A stretch of 57,537 nt of DNA. Origin: Methanobrevibacter sp. (GTDB lineage: Archaea > Methanobacteriota > Methanobacteria > Methanobacteriales > Methanobacteriaceae). This document shows, in pieces, positions 1 through 11,222 of the stretch; within the stretch, counting starts at the first letter, position 1; each line of letters begins with the position of its first letter. Where the stretch lies: NCBI RefSeq assembly GCF_045541095.1, contig NZ_JAZQIJ010000220.1, positions 1 to 57,537 of the forward strand, in the 5' to 3' direction. The notes below the pieces were generated by a model. That model saw only the letters and a list, made by a program, of their open reading frames with translations, did not search any database and had not been told where the DNA came from. Position numbers and translations under genes: made by a program.

Positions 1-35
1 AAATAAAAATAATTAATGTTTTTTTAATCAGTATA

Positions 36-542
36 TTAATCTTTGACCCAAGATGCTACTTTGTCTTTTACATCATAGACGCTTGCACCAGGTATTGAAA
101 GGCCGTCCTTGATTTGAGCCCCCTCACAAAGCTTTGCCAAATCCTTTTGTGATGAGCCAAAACCTGACCCTTCATGAGTTACAAAAGGTTTTACGATTTT
201 TCCTGAAAAGTCCAGTTGTTCCAATTGGGTAAACATAGGCATCGGAAGGGTTCCCCACCAGTTCGGAAAGCCAATATAGACTGTATCGTAATCTGCAATG
301 CTTTCAAGAGTTTCTTTTATTTCCGGCCTTGCATCTGCTTGCTGTTCCTTTTTTGCAACGTCAATGCATTTCATGTAGTCTGCAGGATATTCAACTGCAG
401 GTTCAACTTTAAATAAATCCGCATTGTCGATTTCTTGAATATATTCTGCAATGACTTCAGTATTTCCTTTTTCAATATCTTTAAGTTCCCCTCCGAAGTA
501 GTTTTCACCGCTTCTTGAAAAATAAATTACTAAACTTGACAT
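36..542 (-). CDS. Flavodoxin (flavodoxin_4-like)
   Basis: YFSRSGEN...GNT, GFPNWWGT and PFVTHEGSG FMN-binding motifs. Confidence 0.9.
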   Translation of the reverse strand: MSSLVIYFSRSGENYFGGELKDIEKGNTEVIAEYIQEIDNADLFKVEPAVEYPADYMKCIDVAKKEQQADARPEIKETLESIADYDTVYIGFPNWWGTLPMPMFTQLEQLDFSGKIVKPFVTHEGSGFGSSQKDLAKLCEGAQIKDGLSIPGASVYDVKDKVASWVKD

Positions 543-641
543 GATAATTACCTCTTAATAATATATTATTACAATCTCCATATATAAATGTTGCGATACT
601 CAACAATTAATATTTTAAAAAAATAAAAAGAATAAAATCAA

Positions 642-1865
642 TTATTCTTTAATAGAACGAGCAAGCTCTGCACCTTTTTCGAATGCTTCAGCTAAAACAT
701 CCTCATCAGGTACAAACAATACATCCAAAGTGTCAGTTACAGTAAATCCTGCAGTTTCCAAATCGTTCTGGAGTTTTGCAACTGCTCCTCCACCCCAACC
801 TTTGGATGAAAAGATTAAAGCATTTTTCTCACTGCCGGTTCCATTGAAGTTGACACAGTCAAGCCAGTACATCATGTTACCGATTCTTGGGAAAGGCTTG
901 TTCATCATTGTTGGAGCGCCTAAAGCGATTGCCTTGGAGTCCAGAATGTCTGTAATTACATCATCAGGACCGTCTTCCTGCATGAAGTACATTGCAACTT
1001 CAACGCCTTCGCTCATTATACCTTCAGCAATCTGGTATGCGAGTTTTTCGGTTGAGTGGTGCATTGTATCATAGATAACAGTGATTTTGTCTTTGCATAC
1101 TCCTGATCCCCATTCTGTGTATTTTTCAACGATTGGAGCAGGGTTTTTCCATATTTGACCGTGACATGGTGCAATCATCTTGATTTCATTGATTAAACCA
1201 GTGTTGGTAAGCTCATCAAGTTTCATACGAAGCATAGGTGAACCTAAGGTTACAAGGTTAGCGTAGTATTTCTGTGCTTCTCTTAAGAGATATTCCAAAT
1301 CGTAGTCTTCGTCAAACCTTTTGGAGCGTGCTACGTGCTGACCAAATGCATCGTTTGAAAATAATATTCCTTCTTCAGCCAGGAATGTGAACATGCTGTC
1401 AGGCCAGTGAAGCATTGGAGCTGAAACAAATTTTAGGGTACGTCCACCAATGTCAAGTTCATCACCGGTTGCAACCGCATTGATTTCCAAATCAGAGAAG
1501 TTGTGATATTGAGCTTCTAGGAATTTGATACAGTTTGCGGATGCATAGATTTCAGCATCAGGGTTGTATTGTTCAATTGTTTGTCTTAAGAAAGTGGAAT
1601 GATCCATCTCGGAATGGTTTTGAACAAAGACATCGATTTTGAATTCTTTTCCTTCCTGTTCGAATGCATCTTTAACTCTTGCATCGAACTGTTCAAACAT
1701 TCCTCTGTAAACGTTATCGATTAATACGGTTTTTTCTTCACCAAATACAAGATACGCGTTGTATGTGGTACCTGGAATTCCATATCCATGGAAAGTTCTG
1801 CTGTGCCAGTGGATTACACCAACCCAATAGACACCATCTGCCATTTTTACAGCTTTTGCTTTCAT
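642..1865 (-). CDS. fprA: FprA-family flavodiiron protein (F420H2 oxidase-like)
   Basis: [20 protein letters not shown] and PCHG diiron beta-lactamase motifs plus C-terminal flavodoxin domain. Confidence 0.9.
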   Translation of the reverse strand: MKAKAVKMADGVYWVGVIHWHSRTFHGYGIPGTTYNAYLVFGEEKTVLIDNVYRGMFEQFDARVKDAFEQEGKEFKIDVFVQNHSEMDHSTFLRQTIEQYNPDAEIYASANCIKFLEAQYHNFSDLEINAVATGDELDIGGRTLKFVSAPMLHWPDSMFTFLAEEGILFSNDAFGQHVARSKRFDEDYDLEYLLREAQKYYANLVTLGSPMLRMKLDELTNTGLINEIKMIAPCHGQIWKNPAPIVEKYTEWGSGVCKDKITVIYDTMHHSTEKLAYQIAEGIMSEGVEVAMYFMQEDGPDDVITDILDSKAIALGAPTMMNKPFPRIGNMMYWLDCVNFNGTGSEKNALIFSSKGWGGGAVAKLQNDLETAGFTVTDTLDVLFVPDEDVLAEAFEKGAELARSIKE

Positions 1866-1928
1866 TTTAATACCTCAAATAATTTAAGTTATATAAATAT
1901 ATATTCTACGTATTATATAAATTATTAT

Positions 1929-2597
1929 ATGACAAAAAGAATCGATTTACATATGCACAGCCTGTTCAGTGACGGGGAACTTTTGCCGTCTGAACTTGCA
2001 AGAAGAGCATTGAAACTGAATCATGAAGCTATAGCAATTACAGACCATGTTGACTGGTCAAATGTTGACACCATTCCGGCAATTCAGGACGCAATCGATG
2101 ACATCAACGCAAACTGGGACATTACAGTTGTTTTGGGTGCTGAGGTAACCCATGCACCATGCGAGTCAATCGATGGAATAGCTGCAAGGGCAAAGGAGCT
2201 TGGAGCAAAAATCGTTGTAGTTCACGGTGAAACCCTAAATGAACCTGTAACCCCTGGAACCAATCGTGCTGCAGTTGAATCAGAACATGTTGACATTTTA
2301 GGTCATCCTGGTTTAATTACCAAAGAGGAAGCTGAAATTGCACTTGAAAATGATGTTTATCTTGAAATTTCCGCACGTAAAGGACACTGCCTTGGAAACG
2401 GTCATGTTGCAAACATTGCACGTGAAGTTGGAAACAAATTACTGGTGGATACCGACACCCATTCACCGGACAACCTGATTACATTTGAAAAGTCATACGA
2501 AATTGCATTGGGTGCAGGATTAAGTCATGACGAAGCAATGAAGGCTTTGGTTGACAATCCACGTGAACTTTTAAAATCAAAAGGAATATCACTATAA
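1929..2597 (+). CDS. PHP-domain hydrolase (histidinol phosphatase-like)
   Basis: DLHMHS, AITDH, GHP and DTDTH motifs; start moved to ATG 1929 because the ORF-track extension overlaps fprA. Confidence 0.85.
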   Translation: MTKRIDLHMHSLFSDGELLPSELARRALKLNHEAIAITDHVDWSNVDTIPAIQDAIDDINANWDITVVLGAEVTHAPCESIDGIAARAKELGAKIVVVHGETLNEPVTPGTNRAAVESEHVDILGHPGLITKEEAEIALENDVYLEISARKGHCLGNGHVANIAREVGNKLLVDTDTHSPDNLITFEKSYEIALGAGLSHDEAMKALVDNPRELLKSKGISL

Positions 2598-2761
2598 CTT
2601 CAAAAAAAAACATATTTGGATGACTTTAAGAAAACCTATGTGTGTAAATTCTAAAAATGCAGAAGTATCTTGGTTTTTGGTAATAAGTCATTCATGAAAT
2701 ATAACCATCATCATTTAAAACAACATACCCATCAAAATATTATTGATTTTTATAATAATAA

Positions 2762-3430
2762 TTATTTTAAAACTTTATATTTTAAAATCAAATCTTTACC
2801 AAGAGAATATGAATCAACAAGCTCCAGTTTAACGGATTCATCCATAGTGTCAAAGCCATCACCGTCAAAGAAGGTCTTTGCATTGGCTCCTCCAACAACC
2901 ATCGGAGCGATACAGATGCTTATCTCATCAATCAGACCTGCCTTAATCATTGAAAAGTTCAGGGTAGCTCCTCCTTCAAGCATCAGCTTTTCAATTCCTT
3001 CCTCATGAAGATAGCTCATAAGTGATGTCAAGTCAACTCTTTTGTCTCCGCTCCAGAAAAACTTGACTCCGCGTTTTTTTAAGGTTTCATAATTTTCGGA
3101 TTGAACAAAATCATCCTTGTATGCATTTGCACAGGCAATAATAGTTTTCGCATCTGAGTTTGTAATTCTTGCATCAACAGGAGTTCTGCATTTGCTGTCA
3201 ACAACAACCCTTAACGGATTGTCATCAGGATTTGCATCAATCTTGTGGACGGTCAGACGTGGATCATCAGCCAAAACTGTTCCGATTCCGACCATGATTG
3301 CATCGCATTCCTTGCGGATTTCATGAACCCTTTTGAGGTCTTCCTCTCCTGAAATGTTTGAGCTTCCGGTTGCTGTTGCAATCTTGCCGTCCAGCGTCAT
3401 GGCTGCATTCAATATCACATACGGCCTCAT
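2762..3430 (-). CDS. arfC: 2,5-diamino-6-ribosylamino-4(3H)-pyrimidinone 5'-phosphate reductase (RibD C-terminal type)
   Basis: AAMTLDGKIA, VGIGTVLADDPRLTV and LMLEGG motifs; ATGA overlap with the upstream gene. Confidence 0.88.
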   Translation of the reverse strand: MRPYVILNAAMTLDGKIATATGSSNISGEEDLKRVHEIRKECDAIMVGIGTVLADDPRLTVHKIDANPDDNPLRVVVDSKCRTPVDARITNSDAKTIIACANAYKDDFVQSENYETLKKRGVKFFWSGDKRVDLTSLMSYLHEEGIEKLMLEGGATLNFSMIKAGLIDEISICIAPMVVGGANAKTFFDGDGFDTMDESVKLELVDSYSLGKDLILKYKVLK

Positions 3431-4452
3431 AAGATACACCCCACATAATAAAACATCTCTTTAATCTTTAAGAAATTGGCCAGTGTCTGGTTTTCAAGCA
3501 TTCCAGGCATAGTCAATGCCACAAGTATACCCAATACACCAAATACAATTCCTATTGCCCAGATTATTTTTACTGCATCCTTTTCTGCAATAGGTTTTCT
3601 TAAAACAAGCCTAATGAGTGACTTGAATCCGACTTCAGGCCTTACAAGTTTTCCTTCATCATTTACCTGTGTAGGCTTTTGCTGGGAACGGTTCATAACT
3701 CCTGCTGAGTAGAACTTCAAGGCAGCATCGATAATGTTCGGCATCAATACGATTAATGCAATTAATTTTACCCTACCTATAAATGCAATGCAGACAATGG
3801 CTGCTCCGATAATCAGTGTACCAGTATCCCCTGGGAAAATCTTGGCCGGATATCTGTTATAGTATAAAAATGCAATCAAAGCACCCAGCATACTCATTGA
3901 TATGATTGTTACGTCATATTTGCCGAGAATGATACATGCAATTGTCAGTGATGCCATTGAAATAACACCAAGACCTGATTCGATACCGTTCAATCCCGCA
4001 AGCATGTTTGTGAGGTTTGAACCAATTGAAAGAGCGAAAGGTATTGTAATCAGATAGATTATCCCCACGTTAGGCGGTGCGGCCCATATAAGCGGAAGAC
4101 CAGCAATGAAAAGCAAAAAGAACTTTGATTTAGATGACAGCGCAAGCAAATCATCAACAATACCAATCATTCCGACAAGTAGTATTACAACTAAAACAAC
4201 CACTAATGGAAATGCCAGGATGTCATGCATGTAAATTCCGGAAAACATACCGAGAACAAAACCGAAAAGTATTCCAAATCCACCCATTTCGGCAACAACA
4301 GGTTTCCAGGATTTGTGAATGTCCTTTCCTACAATATCGGCTTCTTCCAGTTTTTGAATAATTTTAGGCATGAATAATCTTGTCATTAAAAAAGAAAGTA
4401 ACCCACAGATTATAGCTATTACATATAAAGGCAGTTGCGGTAAAAATATCAT
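3427..4452 (-). CDS. MraY/GPT-family polyprenyl-phosphate sugar-1-phosphate transferase
   Basis: Multi-TM; GKDIHK, EMGG, GIVDD, NMLAGLNG and IFPGDTG motifs. Confidence 0.85.
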   Translation of the reverse strand: MIFLPQLPLYVIAIICGLLSFLMTRLFMPKIIQKLEEADIVGKDIHKSWKPVVAEMGGFGILFGFVLGMFSGIYMHDILAFPLVVVLVVILLVGMIGIVDDLLALSSKSKFFLLFIAGLPLIWAAPPNVGIIYLITIPFALSIGSNLTNMLAGLNGIESGLGVISMASLTIACIILGKYDVTIISMSMLGALIAFLYYNRYPAKIFPGDTGTLIIGAAIVCIAFIGRVKLIALIVLMPNIIDAALKFYSAGVMNRSQQKPTQVNDEGKLVRPEVGFKSLIRLVLRKPIAEKDAVKIIWAIGIVFGVLGILVALTMPGMLENQTLANFLKIKEMFYYVGCIL

Positions 4453-4488
4453 ATTTAATTATTTAATACTCATTATTAAAAAAAGTAA

Positions 4489-4953
4489 TTATTTTTTATT
4501 TAAAATGTAATAGACTGTCCTTAACGGAATATCCAATTTGTCTGAAATCTCCTTTGCAGACAATCCTCCATCTTTAAGAGCAATAACTTCTGAATGATCA
4601 TATTTGCGTTTTCTGTTATCAAAATCCGCTTTGCTTTTTCTTAAAAGGTAATAAACTCTGTTGAGAGTAATATCAAGGCGTTCTGAAATTTCCCTTGCAG
4701 ACAAACCTTCATCAGACAGTTTCTGCACTTCAAATTCTGCGCCGTTGCTTTTGGATTTGGCTCCCCAGTTGTATTTCTTTTCTACATCAATGTCGAGCTG
4801 TTCAAGAGCGTCAATGTATGTCTTTGAAGTTCTTCCATAAACGCTGGGTGAGCATGTAATCTGGGAAAGGTTAGGATATTTTTCAATCAGCTCCACAATC
4901 ATTGAAGAAGACAATGCCTTTGTTATATGTATTGTTGTTGTATCTCCATCCAT
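4489..4953 (-). CDS. DUF1699-like protein with two C-terminal HTH repeats
   Basis: Two GLSA(R/K)EIS-x2-LDI-x4-VYY repeats. Confidence 0.65.
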   Translation of the reverse strand: MDGDTTTIHITKALSSSMIVELIEKYPNLSQITCSPSVYGRTSKTYIDALEQLDIDVEKKYNWGAKSKSNGAEFEVQKLSDEGLSAREISERLDITLNRVYYLLRKSKADFDNRKRKYDHSEVIALKDGGLSAKEISDKLDIPLRTVYYILNKK

Positions 4954-4957
4954 ATGA

Positions 4958-6535
4958 TCACTTCTTGATTAAATCCAGGAACTTTTTGGATTTGTCGCTT
5001 TTCGGGTTTCTTATCTGGTCAATGTGCTTGAGTTCCTTTTTTATTTTAGATTCATTGACGTTGAACGCATTTCCTATCCTTTCAAGTTCAATGTCTGAGT
5101 TCTGATGAATCAGAGCGGCTCCAAGGGCAACATGATTGAACTTGATGTTTGAGCTTCTTGACTGCTTTTCAAACTTGAACTTCTCATACAAAATCAAATC
5201 CATTTCGGGAACGGGAATAATCTTTATGTCTGTAAAATCATTCAGAATGTCTATCACTTTGGTGTAGGTTGTCTGGAATACCTTTCTCTGTTCACGGTCA
5301 AGCTCAACGCGAATATATGGAAACGGTCCTGTAACGATTTTACGTGAATTGTTTGAAGTGGTGAGATAGTATCTGAACATGTCCCACATTATAAGGGCTG
5401 AAGATATGTTTACAAAGGTATTTTCATAGATGGACTTTCGGATTTTCAAATCACGGCTTAAAGACCTTTTGATGTTTCCGAAACGGTCGGCGTAATTGCG
5501 TTTGATAAATTCCTCTTGAATTTGTGATTCCCTCCATGCCTCAATCGCATTGAGGTCATACTTGTCTATAAAATCAGGAGTCTGATTTTCATAATCGGAA
5601 ATGATTTCATAATACTTTACAAGCCTTTTGAAATCTGTCAGCCTTCTTTTAAGGATATCATCTTTTATCGCATCAATTATTGATTCTGCATATTTAACAT
5701 ATGAAATCGCAAGGGCTGTTCTTGCATGCTTGTCGTCAATTATAGCCGGCTTTGTCCTGTGGAACCTCAAGGTTTCGATTCTCACATTACGCCCATACAT
5801 GCGTCTGACTTCCTCTTCGTAGTTGTTAACGTATTCTGAGCTAAGGGAAACGTTTTTTCTAATCAGACGATTGTTCTTGTCCCTGAAACGTATGACAAGA
5901 GATATTGTCTTTACGACACCTCTTCGTTCCTGTTTGAGAATATTTAAAACTTTTTTGAAAGCCTCACGTCCGTAATGGGACAGTTCACTCAGAAGAACCA
6001 TGTAGTTTCCTGAAAGAGGCAGATATGGAATTATCTCTATTCTCTGGGTTGCCTCCTTATTGATTTTGAAGGTGAATGCAGTTGAACCGCAGCTGCATTT
6101 TGCATCCCTTCTGCGGTATTCATCAATGGAATACTTCTTATAGCAGGAATTGCATTTCACATAGCCGAACTGTTCAAGATGGCCGATTGCAATCTTGTGG
6201 GAATCGATAGCTGATTTTACCCTGTCGAGAATATTCTTCTTGGAGTTGGCCTTCATTCTGAATATTTGGTTGTGACGGCTGTTTTCACCAACCTCTTCAA
6301 GAGAAACTTCTGATACAGCCTTTGTACCGTATTTGTTGAGGGATGTGAAAGGAGTGGTGTATCCCTGCGCATCCATATCATCTTTAAGAGATTGTAAATA
6401 GTCTAGTCTGTCAACTAGCTTGAAATAGAGACTTTTGAAATTGTCAAAATTATCAATGTCGACTAGGTCGATTGAATCGTTTGCAATTTCTTTTAGGAAT
6501 TTCTCCGCTTTACTTACCAGGACAGACTCTTCCAT
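4958..6535 (-). CDS. DUF530-family conserved methanogen protein with Zn ribbon
   Basis: Long ORF; CNSC...CSC; YLPLSGNY; directly downstream of metG. Confidence 0.7.
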   Translation of the reverse strand: MEESVLVSKAEKFLKEIANDSIDLVDIDNFDNFKSLYFKLVDRLDYLQSLKDDMDAQGYTTPFTSLNKYGTKAVSEVSLEEVGENSRHNQIFRMKANSKKNILDRVKSAIDSHKIAIGHLEQFGYVKCNSCYKKYSIDEYRRRDAKCSCGSTAFTFKINKEATQRIEIIPYLPLSGNYMVLLSELSHYGREAFKKVLNILKQERRGVVKTISLVIRFRDKNNRLIRKNVSLSSEYVNNYEEEVRRMYGRNVRIETLRFHRTKPAIIDDKHARTALAISYVKYAESIIDAIKDDILKRRLTDFKRLVKYYEIISDYENQTPDFIDKYDLNAIEAWRESQIQEEFIKRNYADRFGNIKRSLSRDLKIRKSIYENTFVNISSALIMWDMFRYYLTTSNNSRKIVTGPFPYIRVELDREQRKVFQTTYTKVIDILNDFTDIKIIPVPEMDLILYEKFKFEKQSRSSNIKFNHVALGAALIHQNSDIELERIGNAFNVNESKIKKELKHIDQIRNPKSDKSKKFLDLIKK

Positions 6536-6546
6536 ACTAATCAAAT

Positions 6547-8535
6547 TTATTGTATTCTTTCACCGATTTCAGCGTTTTCATCAGGGCTGAGCAATGCTCC
6601 TGATGCTCCGGTTGCTAAAATCATACCTTCTGATAATGTTCCGAAGAGTTTTGCAGGCTGAAGGTTTGCAACTACACAGACTTTTCTTCCGATTAACTCC
6701 TCTGCGTCGTAGAATTTTGCAAGTCCTGCAACGATTTGTCTAGGTTTTTCCTCACCAAGGTCAACCTGCAATTTAAGGAGTTTGTCTGATTTTTCGATTT
6801 TTTCAGCTTCTTTTACTTCACCTATTTTGATTACGAATTCATCAAATTGATCTATAGTTACTAAATCACTCATTTTATCATCCTCATCTTCTTTTAAGTT
6901 TTCTTTAAGTTTTGCCTTTTGGGCTTCAATTTCTTTATCTTCAATCTTTTTAAATAATGGTTTGGCCTTGTTGATTACATGGCCGGTTGGAAGAGCAACC
7001 TTTGCATCCTCCCAGTCATCAAGACTTCCAAGATTCATGATTTCTGCAATTTTGTCAGCCTTTGTTGGAATGAACGGCTTTAACATGTAGGCCAAAGTTT
7101 TTGCCAATTGATTGGATAAGTATAAGCAGTTTGCCGCTTTTTCAGGATTTTCTTTAATTGCTTTCCATGGTTCGGCATCGTTGAAATACTTGTTACCTTT
7201 TTTAGCTACCTTGAATATTTCAAGCAGTGCTTCTCTGAATTCATAGTTTGCTATGAATTCTCCTGCGGCATCAGGAAGTGCTTCAATAGCTTGTCTGAAC
7301 TCTTCATCTTCCTCAGTAGGGTTTGCATATTCGGGGATTTTGCTGTCAAACTGTTTTTTGGTAAATACAAATGTCCTGTGAAGGAAGTTTCCGATTACAT
7401 CAGCAAGCTCATCATTATTTCTTCTCTGGAAATCATCCCATGAAAAGTCTGAATCCTTATTTAAAGGAGCATTTATGGTTAAATAGTATCTGAGCAAGTC
7501 CGGTTCATAGTCTTTTACAAAATCAGCAATCCATATTACCCAGTTTTTACTTGTAGACATCTTTTCCCCTTCAAGTGAGAGGAATTCACCTGCATATATC
7601 ATGTCCGGCAGTTTGCATCCGTATGCTTTTAAAAGACCCGGCCAGAATATTGAATGGTGGTATATGATGTCCTTTCCTATGAAATGAACAACATAGTCGT
7701 TCCAGTACTCTTCCCATTTCTTGCCTGACTTTTTGGACCATTGTGAAGCTGATGAGATATATCCTAAAAACGCTTCAATCCATACGTACAGTACCTTGCC
7801 TTTTGCTTCATCCAAAGGCACCGGAATACCCCAGTCCATATCACGGGTTAAAATCCAGTCGGTAAGTCCTTCTTCCAACCAGTTGGATGCATAGTTTTTG
7901 ACGTTTGCAGGCAGATTTTCATTGGATGAGATGTATTCTTTCAGCTCATCTTCAAGTTCTGAGAGTTTAAACGCATACTGGAAAGTGTCTTTGATAACAG
8001 GTGTTGTACCGCAGGTAATGCAGTGAGGTTCATCAAGTTCTGTAGGATTCAATGCTTTACCGCACTTTTCACAGTGGTCTCCTCTTGCCTCTGATCCGCA
8101 AACAGGACAAAGGCCTTCAACATATCTGTCAGGCAGGAATTTCTTACAGTTCGGACAGTAAAGCTGCTGGATATCCTCCCTGTAGATATATCCGTCATCA
8201 TAAAGCTTCTTGAAGAAGTTCTGAGCCAGTTCATAGTGAGCTTCATCAGTTGTTCTTGTAAAGTTATCCAGTGATATGTTCATTGACTCTACGTCTTTTA
8301 CAATCATATCATGGTATCTTTTTGAAATTTCAATCGGTTTTTTGTTCTCTTTGTCTGCCTTCACTGCAATTGGAGTTCCATGTTCATCGGTTGCACAAAC
8401 TAAAAGCACATCATTTCCAACCATTCTGTTGTACCTTGCATAGATGTCTGCAGGCAGATAAGTGGAACGGATATGGCCTAAATGACATGGACCATTTGCA
8501 TAAGGAAGTGCGCATGAAATAAATATTTTTGACAT
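6547..8535 (-). CDS. metG: Methionyl-tRNA synthetase
   Basis: [13 protein letters not shown] (HIGH), KMSTS, Zn knuckles and C-terminal tRNA-binding domain. Confidence 0.97.
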   Translation of the reverse strand: MSKIFISCALPYANGPCHLGHIRSTYLPADIYARYNRMVGNDVLLVCATDEHGTPIAVKADKENKKPIEISKRYHDMIVKDVESMNISLDNFTRTTDEAHYELAQNFFKKLYDDGYIYREDIQQLYCPNCKKFLPDRYVEGLCPVCGSEARGDHCEKCGKALNPTELDEPHCITCGTTPVIKDTFQYAFKLSELEDELKEYISSNENLPANVKNYASNWLEEGLTDWILTRDMDWGIPVPLDEAKGKVLYVWIEAFLGYISSASQWSKKSGKKWEEYWNDYVVHFIGKDIIYHHSIFWPGLLKAYGCKLPDMIYAGEFLSLEGEKMSTSKNWVIWIADFVKDYEPDLLRYYLTINAPLNKDSDFSWDDFQRRNNDELADVIGNFLHRTFVFTKKQFDSKIPEYANPTEEDEEFRQAIEALPDAAGEFIANYEFREALLEIFKVAKKGNKYFNDAEPWKAIKENPEKAANCLYLSNQLAKTLAYMLKPFIPTKADKIAEIMNLGSLDDWEDAKVALPTGHVINKAKPLFKKIEDKEIEAQKAKLKENLKEDEDDKMSDLVTIDQFDEFVIKIGEVKEAEKIEKSDKLLKLQVDLGEEKPRQIVAGLAKFYDAEELIGRKVCVVANLQPAKLFGTLSEGMILATGASGALLSPDENAEIGERIQ

Positions 8536-8787
8536 TTATCTTATCCCCTTATAATTTTAAACATGATATAATTATGTTACTCATATATAATAAAATTATT
8601 ATTTTTAACAGTGTTATATAATAAAAAAATAAAATTGAATAAAAATCAATTAACCCAGGCAATAAGATGACTAATTACGAATACAAAACAAAACTGACGG
8701 ATGATTTTTCCCAAAACTCAAAGCAAAATCACTATTGATTTTGAAAATGAGATATCTATATAATATATAAAATAAAAATTTAAAGAC

Positions 8788-10122
8788 ATGGCAGAAGTAT
8801 CATATATCAACCCATTGTCAAATGAAGGAAGACAGATTGTCAGACAATACGGTGATTTAAACCAAATATTTGATGAAGATGAAACATTAATCGACACAAT
8901 TATCCATACTGCAAACCAGAAGATATCTGATGATTCCCTGATTCCTAAATCATACGCTGATTATGCAATGAAACGTATTCAATGGGCAATTGAGAAAAAG
9001 AACAATAAAAACTACACACAGGCTGAATATGAATACCTGACAAATTCACAGCTTTTCATGCAGGATGTAGTGATATATCATATTTTATGCCAGGCAATAG
9101 CCATCCAGTTCAATACAGGTTCACGAGAAACAAGACTCTTTATCGAAAGCCAGGGATCACTTATTCTTGAAAGACTGGCCAAAATCCCGCCGATGTCAAG
9201 GGCAGACATCATTGATGAGGTTTTAGATGAAGTGAAAGTTGACGGCGCAATCAACTGGAAGTCATTGAGCGATGTTATTGCAACAAAAAAGCTTAAGCTA
9301 ACAGATTTATTGATTGACAGCGGTGAAATAATACTGCAGCAGGAAGACTTTCTGGATAAATTCTCAGACAAGTTCACTGACAGAAGCCCTGACAGGATGT
9401 ATGGAATTCTGATTGGTGACAGCGTCAAGGAACAGATTTTGTCCAGACTGATAATGCAGAAAACCGAAGAGTACATAAAAAGAATCAAGGAAATGTCTGC
9501 CAGAATTGAAATCCATCCTGCAATCATCAAAATCGGAGAGGACCTTAAGGAATTCATACCTGAAGAGACAAGCAAATACAATCAGTATTATGCAGGAAGC
9601 GGAGGAATATACGGTAGCGTTCAGGCAGGAAAACTGAATCCTGAAGCATTCCCGCCATGCATAAAGACAACCGTTGAGGGCGTATCATCAGGAGGGCGTA
9701 ACGATGCAATTGTTCTTTTATTAACATCATTCGCTTCATATGCAAGACTTTATCCGAGAATTTTTGCCTCCGATGAAAGCGTGAAGGTATCAGATATGGA
9801 TCCTGATTTGACAATCACTGAAAATGAAATCCTTCCCTTGATTTTTGATGCCGCAGACAACTGTACACCACCTCTGTTTGAAGACCAGCCACAGGAGAAA
9901 ATCAACATCATATCAAAACTGGGCTTTGGAATGCACGACAGGGTTGACATCAACCACGAAGGGGAAACCAAATGGTACACTCCGATGAGCTGTGAGAAAA
10001 TAAAAATTCACCTGCCTCACTTATGCCACCCGGACAAATCCTGCAAGGGAATAAACAATCCTCTATCCTGCTACGGCCGTAAAAAATTCCAACTTGACCA
10101 GCAAGCTCCAAAATCGGAATAA
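8788..10122 (+). CDS. priL: DNA primase large subunit
   Basis: FPPCI, G-RN, YTPMSCEKI, LC and NPL Fe-S domain motifs. Confidence 0.88.
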   Translation: MAEVSYINPLSNEGRQIVRQYGDLNQIFDEDETLIDTIIHTANQKISDDSLIPKSYADYAMKRIQWAIEKKNNKNYTQAEYEYLTNSQLFMQDVVIYHILCQAIAIQFNTGSRETRLFIESQGSLILERLAKIPPMSRADIIDEVLDEVKVDGAINWKSLSDVIATKKLKLTDLLIDSGEIILQQEDFLDKFSDKFTDRSPDRMYGILIGDSVKEQILSRLIMQKTEEYIKRIKEMSARIEIHPAIIKIGEDLKEFIPEETSKYNQYYAGSGGIYGSVQAGKLNPEAFPPCIKTTVEGVSSGGRNDAIVLLLTSFASYARLYPRIFASDESVKVSDMDPDLTITENEILPLIFDAADNCTPPLFEDQPQEKINIISKLGFGMHDRVDINHEGETKWYTPMSCEKIKIHLPHLCHPDKSCKGINNPLSCYGRKKFQLDQQAPKSE

Positions 10123-10280
10123 ATTAAAATATATAAACCCATGAGTGAAAAGGGCAATAAATTCAAATGAACATATTTTGTTTCTTCAATATCAATATCA
10201 TAATAGTTTTTTCTTGGAAATGCTGTATGTTCTAATGCTCATTCATGCGAACACGTTAAATTTTTTTGTGAATAAATTTT

Positions 10281-10796
10281 CTATAAACTTGATTGAGAAA
10301 ACTGAAACGGATTGTGGTCTTCATAGATTGCATCATAATATTTGTTCAGAATGGATGATTCCCACATGTTATAGTTGGCCCGTTCATTTTTTTCAAAATT
10401 ATATGCTAAAATCCCTATGGTTCGCTCATACTCATCAATATCGTTCTTTTCGCAAAAATCAGAAATTATGTCAGGAATGTATTCGCACGGGTCGTCACTG
10501 CTGAATTCCAAAAACTTTTCGTACTCCTCTTTTGAGAAAAATTCCTCCTCATCAACAACTTCCTGGTGAGAATCAATTGTAAATAGTTCAATGTATATGT
10601 CTGCAGCCAACGGCAATTGATTAAGCTCAACACCTAAACCATAAACCTCGCCGGTTTCCAGACTCAGTACAGTGTGGCCTGTTCTCTGGCATGCCATCCA
10701 ATTCTCATAGGCAGGTTTTACAATGTCTTCAGGTGAAAGGCCTGAGAGAACTGTTTTTAAGTGTTCGACACCAATAACTTCAACGAATTCATTCAT
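10281..10796 (-). CDS. Acidic hypothetical protein
   Basis: 171-aa ORF, ATG start, coding-like composition. Confidence 0.7.
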   Translation of the reverse strand: MNEFVEVIGVEHLKTVLSGLSPEDIVKPAYENWMACQRTGHTVLSLETGEVYGLGVELNQLPLAADIYIELFTIDSHQEVVDEEEFFSKEEYEKFLEFSSDDPCEYIPDIISDFCEKNDIDEYERTIGILAYNFEKNERANYNMWESSILNKYYDAIYEDHNPFQFSQSSL

Positions 10797-10870
10797 ATGT
10801 TTATATTTAAGAGCATATCATAATAAAGTTTTGGACATCACCAGCCACTTTGACATTGAACAAATTCGAC

Positions 10871-10996
10871 AACGGCAATACTTTTTTTGCTTGAACTACC
10901 TCAACTTATTGAAGTTGAGGATTCCTAGGTTTTTTATTATATATCGTTGGTAATTTGATATTATCCTAGGCTATCTCCCTCGTCCCATGGGTTCAG
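10871..10996 (-). ncRNA. Putative TnpB omega-RNA (reRNA) scaffold plus flanking guide
   Basis: TGAACCCATGGGACGAGGGAGATAGCCTAGG...CCTAGGAATCCTCAACTT...GAGGTAGTTCAA resembles IS605 right-end RNAs; TGAAC/GTTCA and CCTAGG/CCTAGG can pair. Confidence 0.6.
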
Positions 10997-11180
10997 ACAA
11001 AAATGTTAATGTTTTGCTTTTTTAAACTTGGTTATCGTTGAAAAAAGTTTTGATTAACTTTGTCATTTATTAGTTTAGATTTCATTGGTATTTAAAGTTC
11101 CTCAGAGAGCATTTGATAAGTAATTTTTTGTGCAATACATCCATGACCTAAGAGGTCATGGTATTCTTGCAATATTTTTG
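10891..11180 (-). mobile_element. Non-autonomous IS200/IS605-family element (PATE-like), no tnpA or tnpB
   Basis: Left-end hairpin CCATGACCT-aag-AGGTCATGG (11141-11161); right-end hairpin CCTCAACTT-attg-AAGTTGAGG (10899-10920); minus strand ends GTAGTTCAA; TTTAT lies immediately 5' of the inferred left end. Confidence 0.8.
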
Positions 11181-11222
11181 ATAAAAAGAAAATAAGTAAA
11201 AATAGTGAAAGCAACAAATTAC

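Noticed and set aside
1788-1928. N-terminal extension of the PHP ORF
   Set aside because: Overlaps the fprA start and the AT-rich divergent promoter; the family motif begins at ATG 1929
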